Shown piece by piece: positions 31,629-41,491 of a stretch of DNA of 64,000 bases. A model generated the notes under the pieces. That model was not told the DNA's origin. It ran no database searches and saw nothing but the letters and a program-made list of their open reading frames with translations. The stretch spans positions 1 through 64,000 of the forward strand of contig JBCBZT010000014.1 of the NCBI GenBank assembly GCA_039815185.1, in the 5' to 3' direction. Each line of letters starts with the position of its first letter. Position 1 is the stretch's first letter. The position numbers were made by a program, and so were the translations under genes. The DNA comes from Cyanobacteria bacterium P01_A01_bin.123. GTDB lineage: Bacteria; Cyanobacteriota; Cyanobacteriia; Phormidesmidales; Phormidesmidaceae.

Positions 31629-32555
31629 ATGGATCAATTGGCTGCAATCCGATCCTTTGTGAGAGTGGTTGAAACGGGCGGATTTTCGGAAGCTGCTCGA
31701 CAACTGACGTTGGCGGTTTCTTCTGTCACGCGCCAAGTCAATGCCCTCGAAGCCTTATTGAACACTCAACTGCTCAACCGTTCAACGCGCCGCATTACCC
31801 TGACACCGCAGGGACACAAATACTACGACAAGGTTGTGCGGATTTTGCAAGATCTCGAAGAAACTAATCGCTGCGTGATGGAACAAGGGGACGTTCCCCG
31901 TGGCGTTTTGCGGGCGAGTTTGCCGGTGGCCTTTGGTCGGCTCCATGTCGCGCCGATATTGCGCGATTTTCTGGCGCAATATCCCGAGATTACGCTTGAA
32001 CTAAAGCTTAGCGATGGGTTAGCTAATTTGGTTGAAGAAGCCCTGGATGTTGTGGTGCGAATTTGCAATCTTGAGCATACCAGTCCTGAGTTGATGGTGC
32101 GGCAGTTAGCAACGTTTGATCGCTTGGTTTGTGGGAGTCCGGCTTATTTTGAACGACATGGAAAACCGAGTCATCCTGATGAACTAGCCGAGCATAACTG
32201 TTTGTTATTTGCCTATGATCAAGGGGATAAGCGGTGGCGGTTCCGGCAGGGGGCGGCAGTGTATGAGGTGCGTGTGCAGGGGCCTTTAGTGGTGAATAAT
32301 TCGGAAGTGCTCCGTCAGGTTTGTTTGGATGGGGGTGGGTTAATCTTTATGCCGACTTGGTTAATCGGTGAAGATATTAGAGCGGGACGATTGCAGGCTG
32401 TTTTGACGGATTATCAGATGCAGCTTTCCTCTGATCTGGAGATGGGAATTTATGCGCTCTATTTGCCGAATCGGAGGCATTCGCTGCGGGTGAAGGTGTT
32501 TATTGATTTCTTGGTTGAGCGGTTTAGAGACTTTGCTGGTTTGGAGGGTGTTTGA
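31629..32555 (+). CDS. LysR family transcriptional regulator
   Basis: FVRVVETGGFSEAARQL...LLNRSTRRITLT; divergent from the dsbA-monooxygenase pair. Confidence 0.93.
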   Translation: MDQLAAIRSFVRVVETGGFSEAARQLTLAVSSVTRQVNALEALLNTQLLNRSTRRITLTPQGHKYYDKVVRILQDLEETNRCVMEQGDVPRGVLRASLPVAFGRLHVAPILRDFLAQYPEITLELKLSDGLANLVEEALDVVVRICNLEHTSPELMVRQLATFDRLVCGSPAYFERHGKPSHPDELAEHNCLLFAYDQGDKRWRFRQGAAVYEVRVQGPLVVNNSEVLRQVCLDGGGLIFMPTWLIGEDIRAGRLQAVLTDYQMQLSSDLEMGIYALYLPNRRHSLRVKVFIDFLVERFRDFAGLEGV

Positions 32556-32599
32556 GTATTGCGCCGTTGAAAGTTTGCAGAAACCGGGTTTCTTTTTTA

Positions 32600-35500
32600 C
32601 TAATTTAATTCCGAAGCCAAAAATTGGGTTAATACATTATAGTGCTGACGAATATACACATCATTAGGTGCAAGTCTAAGAGAAATTTTAAGCAACTTCA
32701 AGGCTTCCTTAAGGCAATCTAAAAAACATGATTGTTGAGATGATTCTGCATGTAAGGTTGCCATCCCTATCAGTGCAACACCTTTATTATTGAGTGCATT
32801 AATTGAGTCTGGTGCATATTGAAGCACGTTGTCATAAGCGGTTATCGTTTGCTGATAATTAAACATAGCGTAGTCTTGATAACTAAAATCTGCGTCCCTA
32901 GTCAATTGATTAGCTTGTAAATTTGCTAGAGAACCCAGAGCTGCACCCTTATCTATAAGAATATCAATATGATTGGGAGTATACTGAAGTGCTTGATCGC
33001 AAATATTAATTGCCTTTTCATAATACAGAACTGCTTCATCATCTTGTGATTTTTTGGCTAGGAAATCGGCGAAACCCCGAAACACATTACTTTTTACCTT
33101 AAGAACTTTTATATGGCACGGTGTGATTGCTAACACTCTATTACAAATATCTATAGCATCTTGATATGTTTCCTGGGCACTATCATACTTCAATTGCTTG
33201 ATCTGTAGATTCGCAAGACTTTGAAGTGCTGATGCCTCATTACTGAGTGCAGTAACATCGTCTTGAGCAATGGTAAGAATATTTTTGTATATACGAACTG
33301 CTTCCTCATACTTATGATGCGCCTCTTCATAACACAATTTTTCAACCATTAAATCTGCCAGACCTTGCAACGCTAAGCCTTTATTAGAAGGGACTTTAGT
33401 GTTGTCACCCAAGTTGAGAGAAAGTGCCATGTCAAAGGCATTAATAGCCTCTGCATACAATGAAATTGCCTCGTCATGCTGTGAACAAGTAGCTCTTAAG
33501 CGTGCCAAGCCCCTTAGTGTTAGACCTTTATTGCTCAGCGCTTTAAAGTGATTTTCTTCAATACTTAGAATTCTCTTGTAAGTATCAAGTGCTCGCTCAT
33601 AATCAACTTGTGCGCTGGGATATTGAGACAACATAGTGTGTAAATTCGCTACATTGGTTAGTGCCCAGCTGTGATTGTTCAGTGTTGTGATATCGTTTGG
33701 ATTGATATTAAGAGAATGTTCATAAATATCGATCACATCGTTATATGTATCAATGGAATCCTGATATTTTGATAATGTAGTTTGTAGAGAGGCTAGTTTT
33801 TCCAGAACAACAGCTTTATTGTTGAGTACCTTGAAATTCTCCGGAATAAGCTCTAATGCTCGATTGTAATCAGAGATTGCCGCCTTATATTCTGATAATG
33901 CACAGTCATAGTTTGCTTGTATAAAGTAAACATTTGCTGATTCTGATAATGCATTGCCTCTACATAAAAGTGTAGTTGTGTTGTTTGGATCTTTCTTTAA
34001 AGTCTGAGAATAGGCTTCAATTGCCTCAACGTATTTTTGTTGAGAGACGATGTAGGATGCTAAATCTTGAAAATATTGTCCTTCAGCATATGAAATTTGA
34101 CCTAAATCAAAATCTTCTTTGATTACCAAATCTCTTCGGATATCTAACAATGCCCGACATAAATTATATTGACTTAAACCTAGTGCTTCATGAAAGGCGT
34201 TGAGCCATTGGTTGATCCCTTGCTCAGAATCTAACTGGTTAACATGATAGATTGCTTCAAAATCATTTTTTCCTTTGTAGTACTTCGTCAAAAGTCGATG
34301 TGAAGCTTCGATCCTTGGGTTATCATCTAATCGACGCAGCAAATCATGGATTCGATACGAGATCTTGCCAGCTTGTTCTATGTGTTTAATGAATGAAAAA
34401 CCAATCAAGTGCTCAAAGGTAGGTCTATCTGTTGTAAATTCAAGGTTTTCACCTAGTAGCTGATAGATTTGAAAATCAAACTCGCGACAGGCACTTAGAG
34501 CATGAATTGCGTACTTTATGTCTGAGTCAGTATACTTGAGCAATTTGTTGATCAAAAATTCACTCTTCACCTTAAGTTCTGGTGTTTTTTGAAAATCACC
34601 TGATGTCAAACTTATTCCCTTGGCTCTAGCTTCCAAGATTACGTCTGCACAAAGTCCTAGATAAAGTGGGTGAACTTCATCTTCTTTAAGGCTGGCATAG
34701 GTGACTATACTCTCATGGAGGGCATCATCAGAGATATCTACTTTTTGTAAATAGGCCAAAGCATCCGTGGCTGCTAGATTATCAACTGACTTAAGGTAAA
34801 TATAGTCCTCTGGAATTTTAGTGTTGAGTTCATACTCGTCTGCCTCTGCCCACCGAGGGCGATCGCGTCCGGCAACAACCACGATGATGCCTTGAGTCAG
34901 TTCAAGTTTTCTCAATAATCGTCGTAGCCAACTATCTCGAAAAAAGTTGACCGCAAAGTTGCGCTCCCTGCCATAAAACGCTTCGTGCGTGTCAAAAAAT
35001 AGAACCAATCTATCTGGGGCATCAGGCTTTGCCATTGCCACATTTAGATCTTGAGCCAACAAACGCGGCAGCTAGTGAATCAGTTCCTTTTCTGCATCCA
35101 TTGCCTGTAAGCGCTTGGCTTCATCGGGATCAAGTCGCAACCGCTTCTGGTAATTAGTTAGTTGGTTGCCTAGATATTTATCAATCAAACCAAATCCCGC
35201 TAAAGCTAACCCTGGGCCAGGCACTTGTTTGAATAGATTGACAAACTCATTTAGAAAATCAGCCTCTTCAAAGGGAAAAAGACTGTTCGCCTCGGTCAGT
35301 CGATTCGTCTTTTGCAGATAGAGGAAACAGCCATAGGTATGAAGCGGAAACTTAAGCCGATAGGGGGTTTTAGCAACGGATGCAGATAATTCTTCCCGGA
35401 TTCTAATTAGGCCATAGAATGGATCGCGATCGCGCTGCTTCAATCCTGGTGTGGTCTCAAAGTCAAGTAGGGAAGTTGGTACGCTAAAGATGGTATCTTG

Positions 35501-35795
35501 CTGCCCATCTAAGCTTTCAAAGGCAGCAGCAATCTCTGCATCAGGCTTTGCCTTAAGCTGCTTCCATCGTTCGGCTGTCAATCGCTTGCAGATATTCTTC
35601 CGCAAATACTTCAGTAACTAGTGACTTACCATTCCCCCCAGTCCCATGAAAAAACAAAATCTGCTGCCCCGGCGGGTCATCATTAATCCGCTCCGCCAAC
35701 AGTCGTGTAAAGCTATAGCGATCGGTAAACAGCTCCAGGGCGCGATCGCCCTCAGTAATCGTCTGCGGCGATCGGAGATCGTCATCAATGCTCAT
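32600..35795 (-). pseudogene. P-loop (AAA/STAND-like) ATPase-TPR protein, disrupted by a frameshift (~35620) and an in-frame TAG (35072-35074)
   Basis: Walker A GTGGNGKS followed by a frame switch to LLKYLRKNICK; ELIH*LPRLLAQDL in frame; Walker B LVLFFDTHE; many TPR-like repeats. Confidence 0.8.
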
Positions 35796-35906
35796 AGGGG
35801 CTTAAGTCGGCAAGGCCATCCTATGGTGGCAAATTTTCATCAACATCCGCCAGCAGCATTTGACGCTCAATCCAAGTCTGGGCTTGGTCTGACAAAGGCG
35901 ATCGCC

Positions 35907-36251
35907 TTACCCAAAAACTCGCCCCAGAGGGCAAGAAAAATTAGGGAGTAGCGGAGAAGTCAGTGCATCACTATCTTGTAGCGTCACAGCCAGGTTTAGC
36001 ACCGCGCGATCGCGGCGATAAACCTGAACCTGGCGTAAATCCTTATCGACAATCCAATATTCCTGGACGCCCTGCTGTAAATAAAGCTTGAGCTTAAGTT
36101 GGCGATCGCGTTGAATATTCTGCTCATCCGGAGACAACACCTCAACCACCAGCTCAGGTGCCCCGGTTAAATGCTCAGCCTCATCGAGCAACTGGTTTAA
36201 CCGCTCAGTGCTCGCCCAAACCACATCTGGAATCACATTGTCTTTACCCAA
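35907..36251 (-). pseudogene. Uma2 family endonuclease, 5'-truncated fragment
   Basis: IPDVVW...GAPELVVEVLSP...GVQEYWIVD...SPLLPNF; N-terminal part absent; begins 4 bp after the upstream stop. Confidence 0.8.
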
Positions 36252-36255
36252 ATCT

Positions 36256-37302
36256 TCACTCCAATCCCAGTTGTTGGCGCAACGCTTCCGGTATGTTTTG
36301 AGCCGTTTCTAAACCAATAACACCCTCCCACTTAGCAGGATCCCAATCGACATCTTCCGACTGCCAGCGAATACCATCAAGATTTGCATTGGTCAGATTG
36401 GCGTCGGAAAAGTCACTGGCTTCGAGGTTAGCTCGGCTCAGATCGGCCCCAGTCAGATTGGCACTGGAAAAGTTGGCCGCTTTGGCATAGGCACCGCTTA
36501 GATCAACACCTGTCAAATCAGCCCAAGTGAAATTGCTATTTTGCAAATTTGTCGATTTGAGCGTTGCATTTATCAGGGTGGCTAAACTCAGGTTGGCATC
36601 AGGCAGTCTGGATCTAGACAAATTGGCTCGGCTCAAGTCTGCCCTTTCAAACGAAACTTCCCGCAGGATGTAGTCCGATAGGTCAGCGTCACTCAATACT
36701 GCATCGCTGAAATCTACGTTATCCCAGTCGGTGATGTAAGGCGGCTCACAAAGCAAGTTGTAGTAAAGGTTGACTCCCATATAGCCTGGGGTGCCATAAA
36801 TGTGGAACATCCCTACCCCATCTCCCAAACAATCATCAGCTTCGGCAAAGCCTTCATGACCGCCCGAATAATAGGGAAGGGCATTAAAAATGGGGGCTGG
36901 ATAGCCAAAAATATAGTCAAAAAATTGTGCGCCTACGGTTTCGGGTTGATCACTGCTGGTTTCAAAGGGCAAGCCGTTGGTGCTCACCCCGTTTGGGGAG
37001 GGAATCACATTCACCAATGAGATGGTTTGTACCCGCCCATCTTTGAACGCCATTTGCAGCTGGGCCTGGTCTGAGAGATCGGGCAGCCGCTGGCGTAAGC
37101 CGTCTGCAGAATAATAGCGGTTAACCCAAAGCCCGTCTTGACTGGTGCGTTCGAACAGGGAGTCACCAAAGTGGCGATTGATCACGTCAACGGGTTGATT
37201 GAGCACATAACGTCCGGCCCAGGCCGGTTGGACAGATATACTCAGCCAGCAGGCGAGACACAGCAACAGCGTGAGCGCGATTTGTTTTTGTCTTCTAAAC
37301 AT
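36256..37302 (-). CDS. exported pentapeptide-repeat protein
   Basis: Signal peptide (..VQPAWA), unknown middle domain, C-terminal A(D/N)LS repeats. Confidence 0.8.
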   Translation of the reverse strand: MFRRQKQIALTLLLCLACWLSISVQPAWAGRYVLNQPVDVINRHFGDSLFERTSQDGLWVNRYYSADGLRQRLPDLSDQAQLQMAFKDGRVQTISLVNVIPSPNGVSTNGLPFETSSDQPETVGAQFFDYIFGYPAPIFNALPYYSGGHEGFAEADDCLGDGVGMFHIYGTPGYMGVNLYYNLLCEPPYITDWDNVDFSDAVLSDADLSDYILREVSFERADLSRANLSRSRLPDANLSLATLINATLKSTNLQNSNFTWADLTGVDLSGAYAKAANFSSANLTGADLSRANLEASDFSDANLTNANLDGIRWQSEDVDWDPAKWEGVIGLETAQNIPEALRQQLGLE

Positions 37303-37466
37303 GGTGATTCACGGGTTAAAAGCTTCAAATGTTCCCTGCGGTGACCAAATACCTCAGCAATGGGCGTGTAAGGCTTTCAACCTAAGCAATGACCGTGAAG
37401 AAGTAGGGAGAAGGGTTGCGTACGAACTGAAAAGGAGAGAAACCGGTTTTTTGGGTCTGAGTGTCT

Positions 37467-37733
37467 ATTGCAGAAATTCTATCCGAGTCAACCCAAGGGT
37501 ATGACCGGGGTGATAAGTTTGCCCACTATCGCACGATTGAGACGTTTCAGGAGTATCTGCTGATCGCTCAGGACAGCTTCCATGTGGAGCATTATATGAA
37601 ACAAGCTGCAAATCAGTGGTTGTTTACGGAATACAACGCTTTAGAAGCAACTTTTACATTGGACTCAGTGCGGGTGGAAATTGAGTTGGCGGATTTATAT
37701 GAAGCGATTGAGTTTAACCAGATATCGCCGTAG
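37467..37733 (+). pseudogene. Uma2 family endonuclease, 5'-truncated fragment
   Basis: IAEILSESTQGYDRGDKFAHYRTIETFQEYLLIAQD...LADLYE. Confidence 0.8.
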
Positions 37734-37758
37734 CCACAAAGCTTTGTGCGCTACGGCG
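37726..37758. repeat. REP/SDR-like palindrome (GTAG...CTAC type)
   Basis: CGCCGTAGCCACAAAGCTTTGTGCGCTACGGCG, a near-perfect palindrome overlapping the Uma2 stop. Confidence 0.6.
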
Positions 37759-37759
37759 A

Positions 37760-37817
37760 GCCAGATTGCTTGTATGCTAAGCATCCCAGCGATACTCGGT
37801 GCATTAAGCAATCTGGC
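37760..37817 (+). repeat. 58-bp element, copy C
   Basis: GCCAGATTGCTTGTATGCTAAGCATCCCAGCGATACTCGGTGCATTAAGCAATCTGGC; matches the reverse complement of copies A and B. Confidence 0.85.
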
Positions 37818-37903
37818 CAGCGCTATATAGGCGTATCTTTCTGCGACCTTTATTGGCCCTATCTGTACACTAAGCGATTGATTATTGACAACTTGTTGAG
37901 GAT

Positions 37904-38497
37904 CTAACCCAAGTCTGAAAAAGCCTTATCCACCCGACCATAAAGCTCCACCAAAGTCCCAGAATTATTGATCACCACATCAGCCAAAGCGACCTTTTCC
38001 GTCAGCGACATTTGGCTATCAATCCGGGCCTGGGCTTGGTCTCGCGATAGGCGATCGCGCCCCATCACCCGTTCCAACTGCTGCTGCGGATCGCAAGTCA
38101 CCACCCAAATTTCACTCACCTGACCTTCTAACTTGGCTTCAAACAGCAGCGGAATCGCATGAACCACAGTTTGTTCTGGCGGGAGTTGAGCCATAGCCTG
38201 GGCAAAGCGATCGTGCACAAACGGATGAATCTGCTGTTCTAGCCACTGCTTGTCGGCCGGGATTTGAAACACGATCGCACCCAGTTGCCGTCGATCTAAA
38301 TTGCCGTCGGGCAGCAAAATATCAGGGCCATATCGCTGGGCGATCGCGGCCAAAATCGGCGACCCCAATTCTACCGCCTGCCGCGAATACACATCCGCAT
38401 CCAAAATCGGCAGCTGGTGTCGTTCTGCCAAATACCGAGACACCGTAGTTTTGCCCGTGGCAATGCCCCCGGTTAGTCCGATGATGCGCTGGCCCAT
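37904..38497 (-). CDS. coaE: dephospho-CoA kinase
   Basis: IIGLTGGIATGKT, DADVY, LDRRQLG, IHP, IPLLFE. Confidence 0.95.
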   Translation of the reverse strand: MGQRIIGLTGGIATGKTTVSRYLAERHQLPILDADVYSRQAVELGSPILAAIAQRYGPDILLPDGNLDRRQLGAIVFQIPADKQWLEQQIHPFVHDRFAQAMAQLPPEQTVVHAIPLLFEAKLEGQVSEIWVVTCDPQQQLERVMGRDRLSRDQAQARIDSQMSLTEKVALADVVINNSGTLVELYGRVDKAFSDLG

Positions 38498-40131
38498 TGC
38501 ACAAGTGCCTGTGTCAGTCCGTCTAAGGTAAATTCGGTGGCCTCAATGTCTACTCGACCGATTAACTCATGACAGGTTTCTGAAGTTTGGGGGCCAATGG
38601 ACGCGATCGCTACCGATTCCAGCACATCCCGCCAGCGATCGCCCAGGGCTTGTTCAAACAGCACAGATCCATGGCGCACCGTTTTAGAACTGGCAAAGGT
38701 AATCACATCCACTTGGCGAGCTTGGAGGTGTTTTAGGGCTTCAGGCGCGATCGCCGCCGGACACCCCGACTCATAGGCCGCCACTTCTGTCACCGTCGCT
38801 CCCTGACTAGTCAGCTCCTTGACCAACACTTCCCGTCCCCCACTCTCTACCCTAGGAAACAAAAGGCGTTGTCCAGACAATGTCGCTTCGGGCCAGTGTT
38901 CTACCATGGCATCAGCGACAAAATCGGGGGGGATAAAATCTGCCATCAGTCCCCGTTGGTTGAGCACCCGGTTGGTTTTCTTGCCCACCACTGCAATTTT
39001 TAACCCAGCTAACGCACGAGTGTCGTGCCCCAAAGCCAGCAGGCGATCGCAGAAATAGGTCACCGCATTAGCTGAGGTCAATACTAACCAATGAAATTGG
39101 CTCAGGCGCGCGATCGCGTCGTCTAGGGCGTCCCAACTGGATGGCGGCGTAATTTCCAAGGCAGGCATCTCGATGACTGCTGCCCCCTGAGCTTTTAGCA
39201 GATGACTGAACTGACTCGATTGCCCTGCTGCCCGCGTCACCAGCAAAGTTTTAGCCGTGAGTGGCAACCCGTTTGATCCAGCGGTCATCGACCCAGCAGT
39301 AGAAGCATTTATACCAGAAGCATCTATACCAGAAGCATCCATGCCAGAAGCATCCCTTTGAACAGTTACCCTGCCCGTTTGTGATGAAGGTTGGCAATCT
39401 GTCGCAGTTGACTGTTCGGGCTGCAAATAGTCCCGCAAACCCACCACTTCGCCCACCACCATAATGCAGGGGGACAGTTTTTCACCTTTCGTTTTTTGAA
39501 CGATATCGATCAGCGTGCCTTGCCAAACCTGTTGTTGAGGTTGGCTGGCCCAGCGAATAATCGCAATCGGCATACCAGAGCGCATGCCATAGCCCATCAG
39601 GGTTTGGGTAATTGTAGCCAGATGGCGACTGCCCATCAAAATCACTAGCGTTTGGAGCCTTGCCATCGTGGCCCAGTCGATCTGGTTGACATCGTGGGCC
39701 GTCAACACCGTAAAGCTGTGGCTAAGCGCGAGGTCCGTGAGGGGAATATGCGCGAGTAATGGGGCCGCTAGGGCCGAGGATAGCCCCGGCACCACTTCAA
39801 AAGCACATGTTGCTGCCTTCAGTGCCTGAATTTCTGAGGTGGTGCGGCCAAACACAAAGGGATCACCACTTTTGAGCCGCACCACCTGTTTGCCTAAACG
39901 ACATTGTTCCACAAGTAACCGATCAATCTCAGCTTGATCTGGGCTCGGTTTACCCCCGCGTTTGCCCACGTCAAAGTACATGCAGTCCTTTGGCAACCCC
40001 TGCAACACGTCAGGACTAATCAGCGCATCATGCACCAGCACCTCTGCTTGCAGCAGCAGTTGCTGTGCCCGCAAGGTCAGATAGCCAGCTCGGCCTGGCC
40101 CAGCCCCCACCAGATACACCTTACCCGTCAT
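38473..40131 (-). CDS. cobA: uroporphyrinogen-III C-methyltransferase / uroporphyrinogen-III synthase fusion
   Basis: VYLVGAGPG, RLKSGDPFVFGR, then HemD motifs LLVTRA, LTSANAV, TFASSKTV, SIGPQT. Confidence 0.93.
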   Translation of the reverse strand: MTGKVYLVGAGPGRAGYLTLRAQQLLLQAEVLVHDALISPDVLQGLPKDCMYFDVGKRGGKPSPDQAEIDRLLVEQCRLGKQVVRLKSGDPFVFGRTTSEIQALKAATCAFEVVPGLSSALAAPLLAHIPLTDLALSHSFTVLTAHDVNQIDWATMARLQTLVILMGSRHLATITQTLMGYGMRSGMPIAIIRWASQPQQQVWQGTLIDIVQKTKGEKLSPCIMVVGEVVGLRDYLQPEQSTATDCQPSSQTGRVTVQRDASGMDASGIDASGINASTAGSMTAGSNGLPLTAKTLLVTRAAGQSSQFSHLLKAQGAAVIEMPALEITPPSSWDALDDAIARLSQFHWLVLTSANAVTYFCDRLLALGHDTRALAGLKIAVVGKKTNRVLNQRGLMADFIPPDFVADAMVEHWPEATLSGQRLLFPRVESGGREVLVKELTSQGATVTEVAAYESGCPAAIAPEALKHLQARQVDVITFASSKTVRHGSVLFEQALGDRWRDVLESVAIASIGPQTSETCHELIGRVDIEATEFTLDGLTQALVQWASASSD

Positions 40132-40239
40132 GCTTCGTCCTTCATGCCACCGTTTCTATCTTGACGGATAGGGGGTGAAGAGACCAAGGGCGATCGCAGA
40201 AAATGGCATAAGCTAGAACCAATTGAGACTCAGCATCTT

Positions 40240-40911
40240 GTGACAACAATTACCCAAATTCAATCCCGTCAGTCACCGAGCGAACTGCCCCGGTGGTACA
40301 TTGCAACCTGGAACGATTACGTCGCCTGTGTTGAAAGTGCTGAGGCTGAGCACTTTCGGATTTTTTTCAATCAAGGACGGTTGTTTGTTGATATGGGCTG
40401 GGAAGGGGTAGATCATGCCCGGTTTCGAGAGTTGCTAGCCATGCTCTTCTTTGCTTGGTTCAGCCGTCTACAGCCGGGGCAAGCTTTTGATTGTTTGGGT
40501 GGCTGTATTTTGGAGAAGCCGCAACAGCGTGCGGCTTCTCCTGATGAGGTTTTGTACGTTGGTTCAGACATGCCACGCTGGCAAATGGGGGAACCTCGAC
40601 GCGTCAATCTGCGTGAATGGCGAGTGCCGGACTTAGTTTGTGAAGTGGGAGATACGACGCTAGCAACGGATTTGGATCAGAAGAAGCAAATCTATGCCGC
40701 GCTGGAAATCCCTGAATATTGGGTGATTGATGTGCGGGCAGCGCGAGTGATGGCGTTTCGATTATCGCCGGAGGGGTTGTACGAGCAGACGACAGAGTCG
40801 GCTGCCTTAGAGGGTTTGAAGATGTCTCTAGTCGAGCAGGCATTGGGACGACTGGCTACGGAGTCCAATGGAACGGTAGCTCAGTGGTTTGCCCAGCAGT
40901 TGGCGAGTTAA
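40240..40911 (+). CDS. Uma2 family endonuclease (intact)
   Basis: TWNDY, MGWEGVDH, SPDEVLY, PDLVCEVGDT, IPEYWVID. Confidence 0.88.
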   Translation: MTTITQIQSRQSPSELPRWYIATWNDYVACVESAEAEHFRIFFNQGRLFVDMGWEGVDHARFRELLAMLFFAWFSRLQPGQAFDCLGGCILEKPQQRAASPDEVLYVGSDMPRWQMGEPRRVNLREWRVPDLVCEVGDTTLATDLDQKKQIYAALEIPEYWVIDVRAARVMAFRLSPEGLYEQTTESAALEGLKMSLVEQALGRLATESNGTVAQWFAQQLAS

Positions 40912-40972
40912 GGACTTAAAGACAACGCGATCGCCCCCCTAAACCCCTTATTAGGATCTGAGTTTATCAAGA

Positions 40973-41383
40973 CTAATCAGCTTCAGCCGGTTGGCGATCG
41001 CGCTTTGTCAGTTCATCGATGGTTTTAATTACTAACCGTCGCGCTTCCAAACTCCAACCCCACTTTTGCAACATAACTGCTGTGTAAAACCCAAGGCCCG
41101 TGGCAATGAAGTCTAAGGGTTGGGTAAATGAAATGCCAAAGAGTAGGCCCAACCCACCGATACCCCAAAAGGGTAAGGCCACAGCCTGACGTTGATTTTC
41201 AACCAGCTCAGCAACGAAATTCTTAGGCATGTCTGCCTCAATGTCATCGCGGATGCCCTCTAATTGCTGAAAAGGCACCGCCAGGGCATATTTTTGCCGT
41301 AGTTTCTCAATCTTGCGAGCTTCGGTACTGTATTCGGTCAGTTCGTCTTCCGCCATCAGAATCAAGCGTTGCTTTTGATCCAT
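40973..41383 (-). CDS. conserved hypothetical membrane protein
   Basis: 136 aa with two C-terminal hydrophobic segments. Confidence 0.65.
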   Translation of the reverse strand: MDQKQRLILMAEDELTEYSTEARKIEKLRQKYALAVPFQQLEGIRDDIEADMPKNFVAELVENQRQAVALPFWGIGGLGLLFGISFTQPLDFIATGLGFYTAVMLQKWGWSLEARRLVIKTIDELTKRDRQPAEAD

Positions 41384-41491
41384 TTAAACCTCTTTGGGGC
41401 CAATCCTTTGTAGGAGCCGTTTCCTTTAAGTTAGGCGCAAAGTGACACTGAAGGAAAGCCATCGGGAGGCGATCGCCTGACCCACCACACC

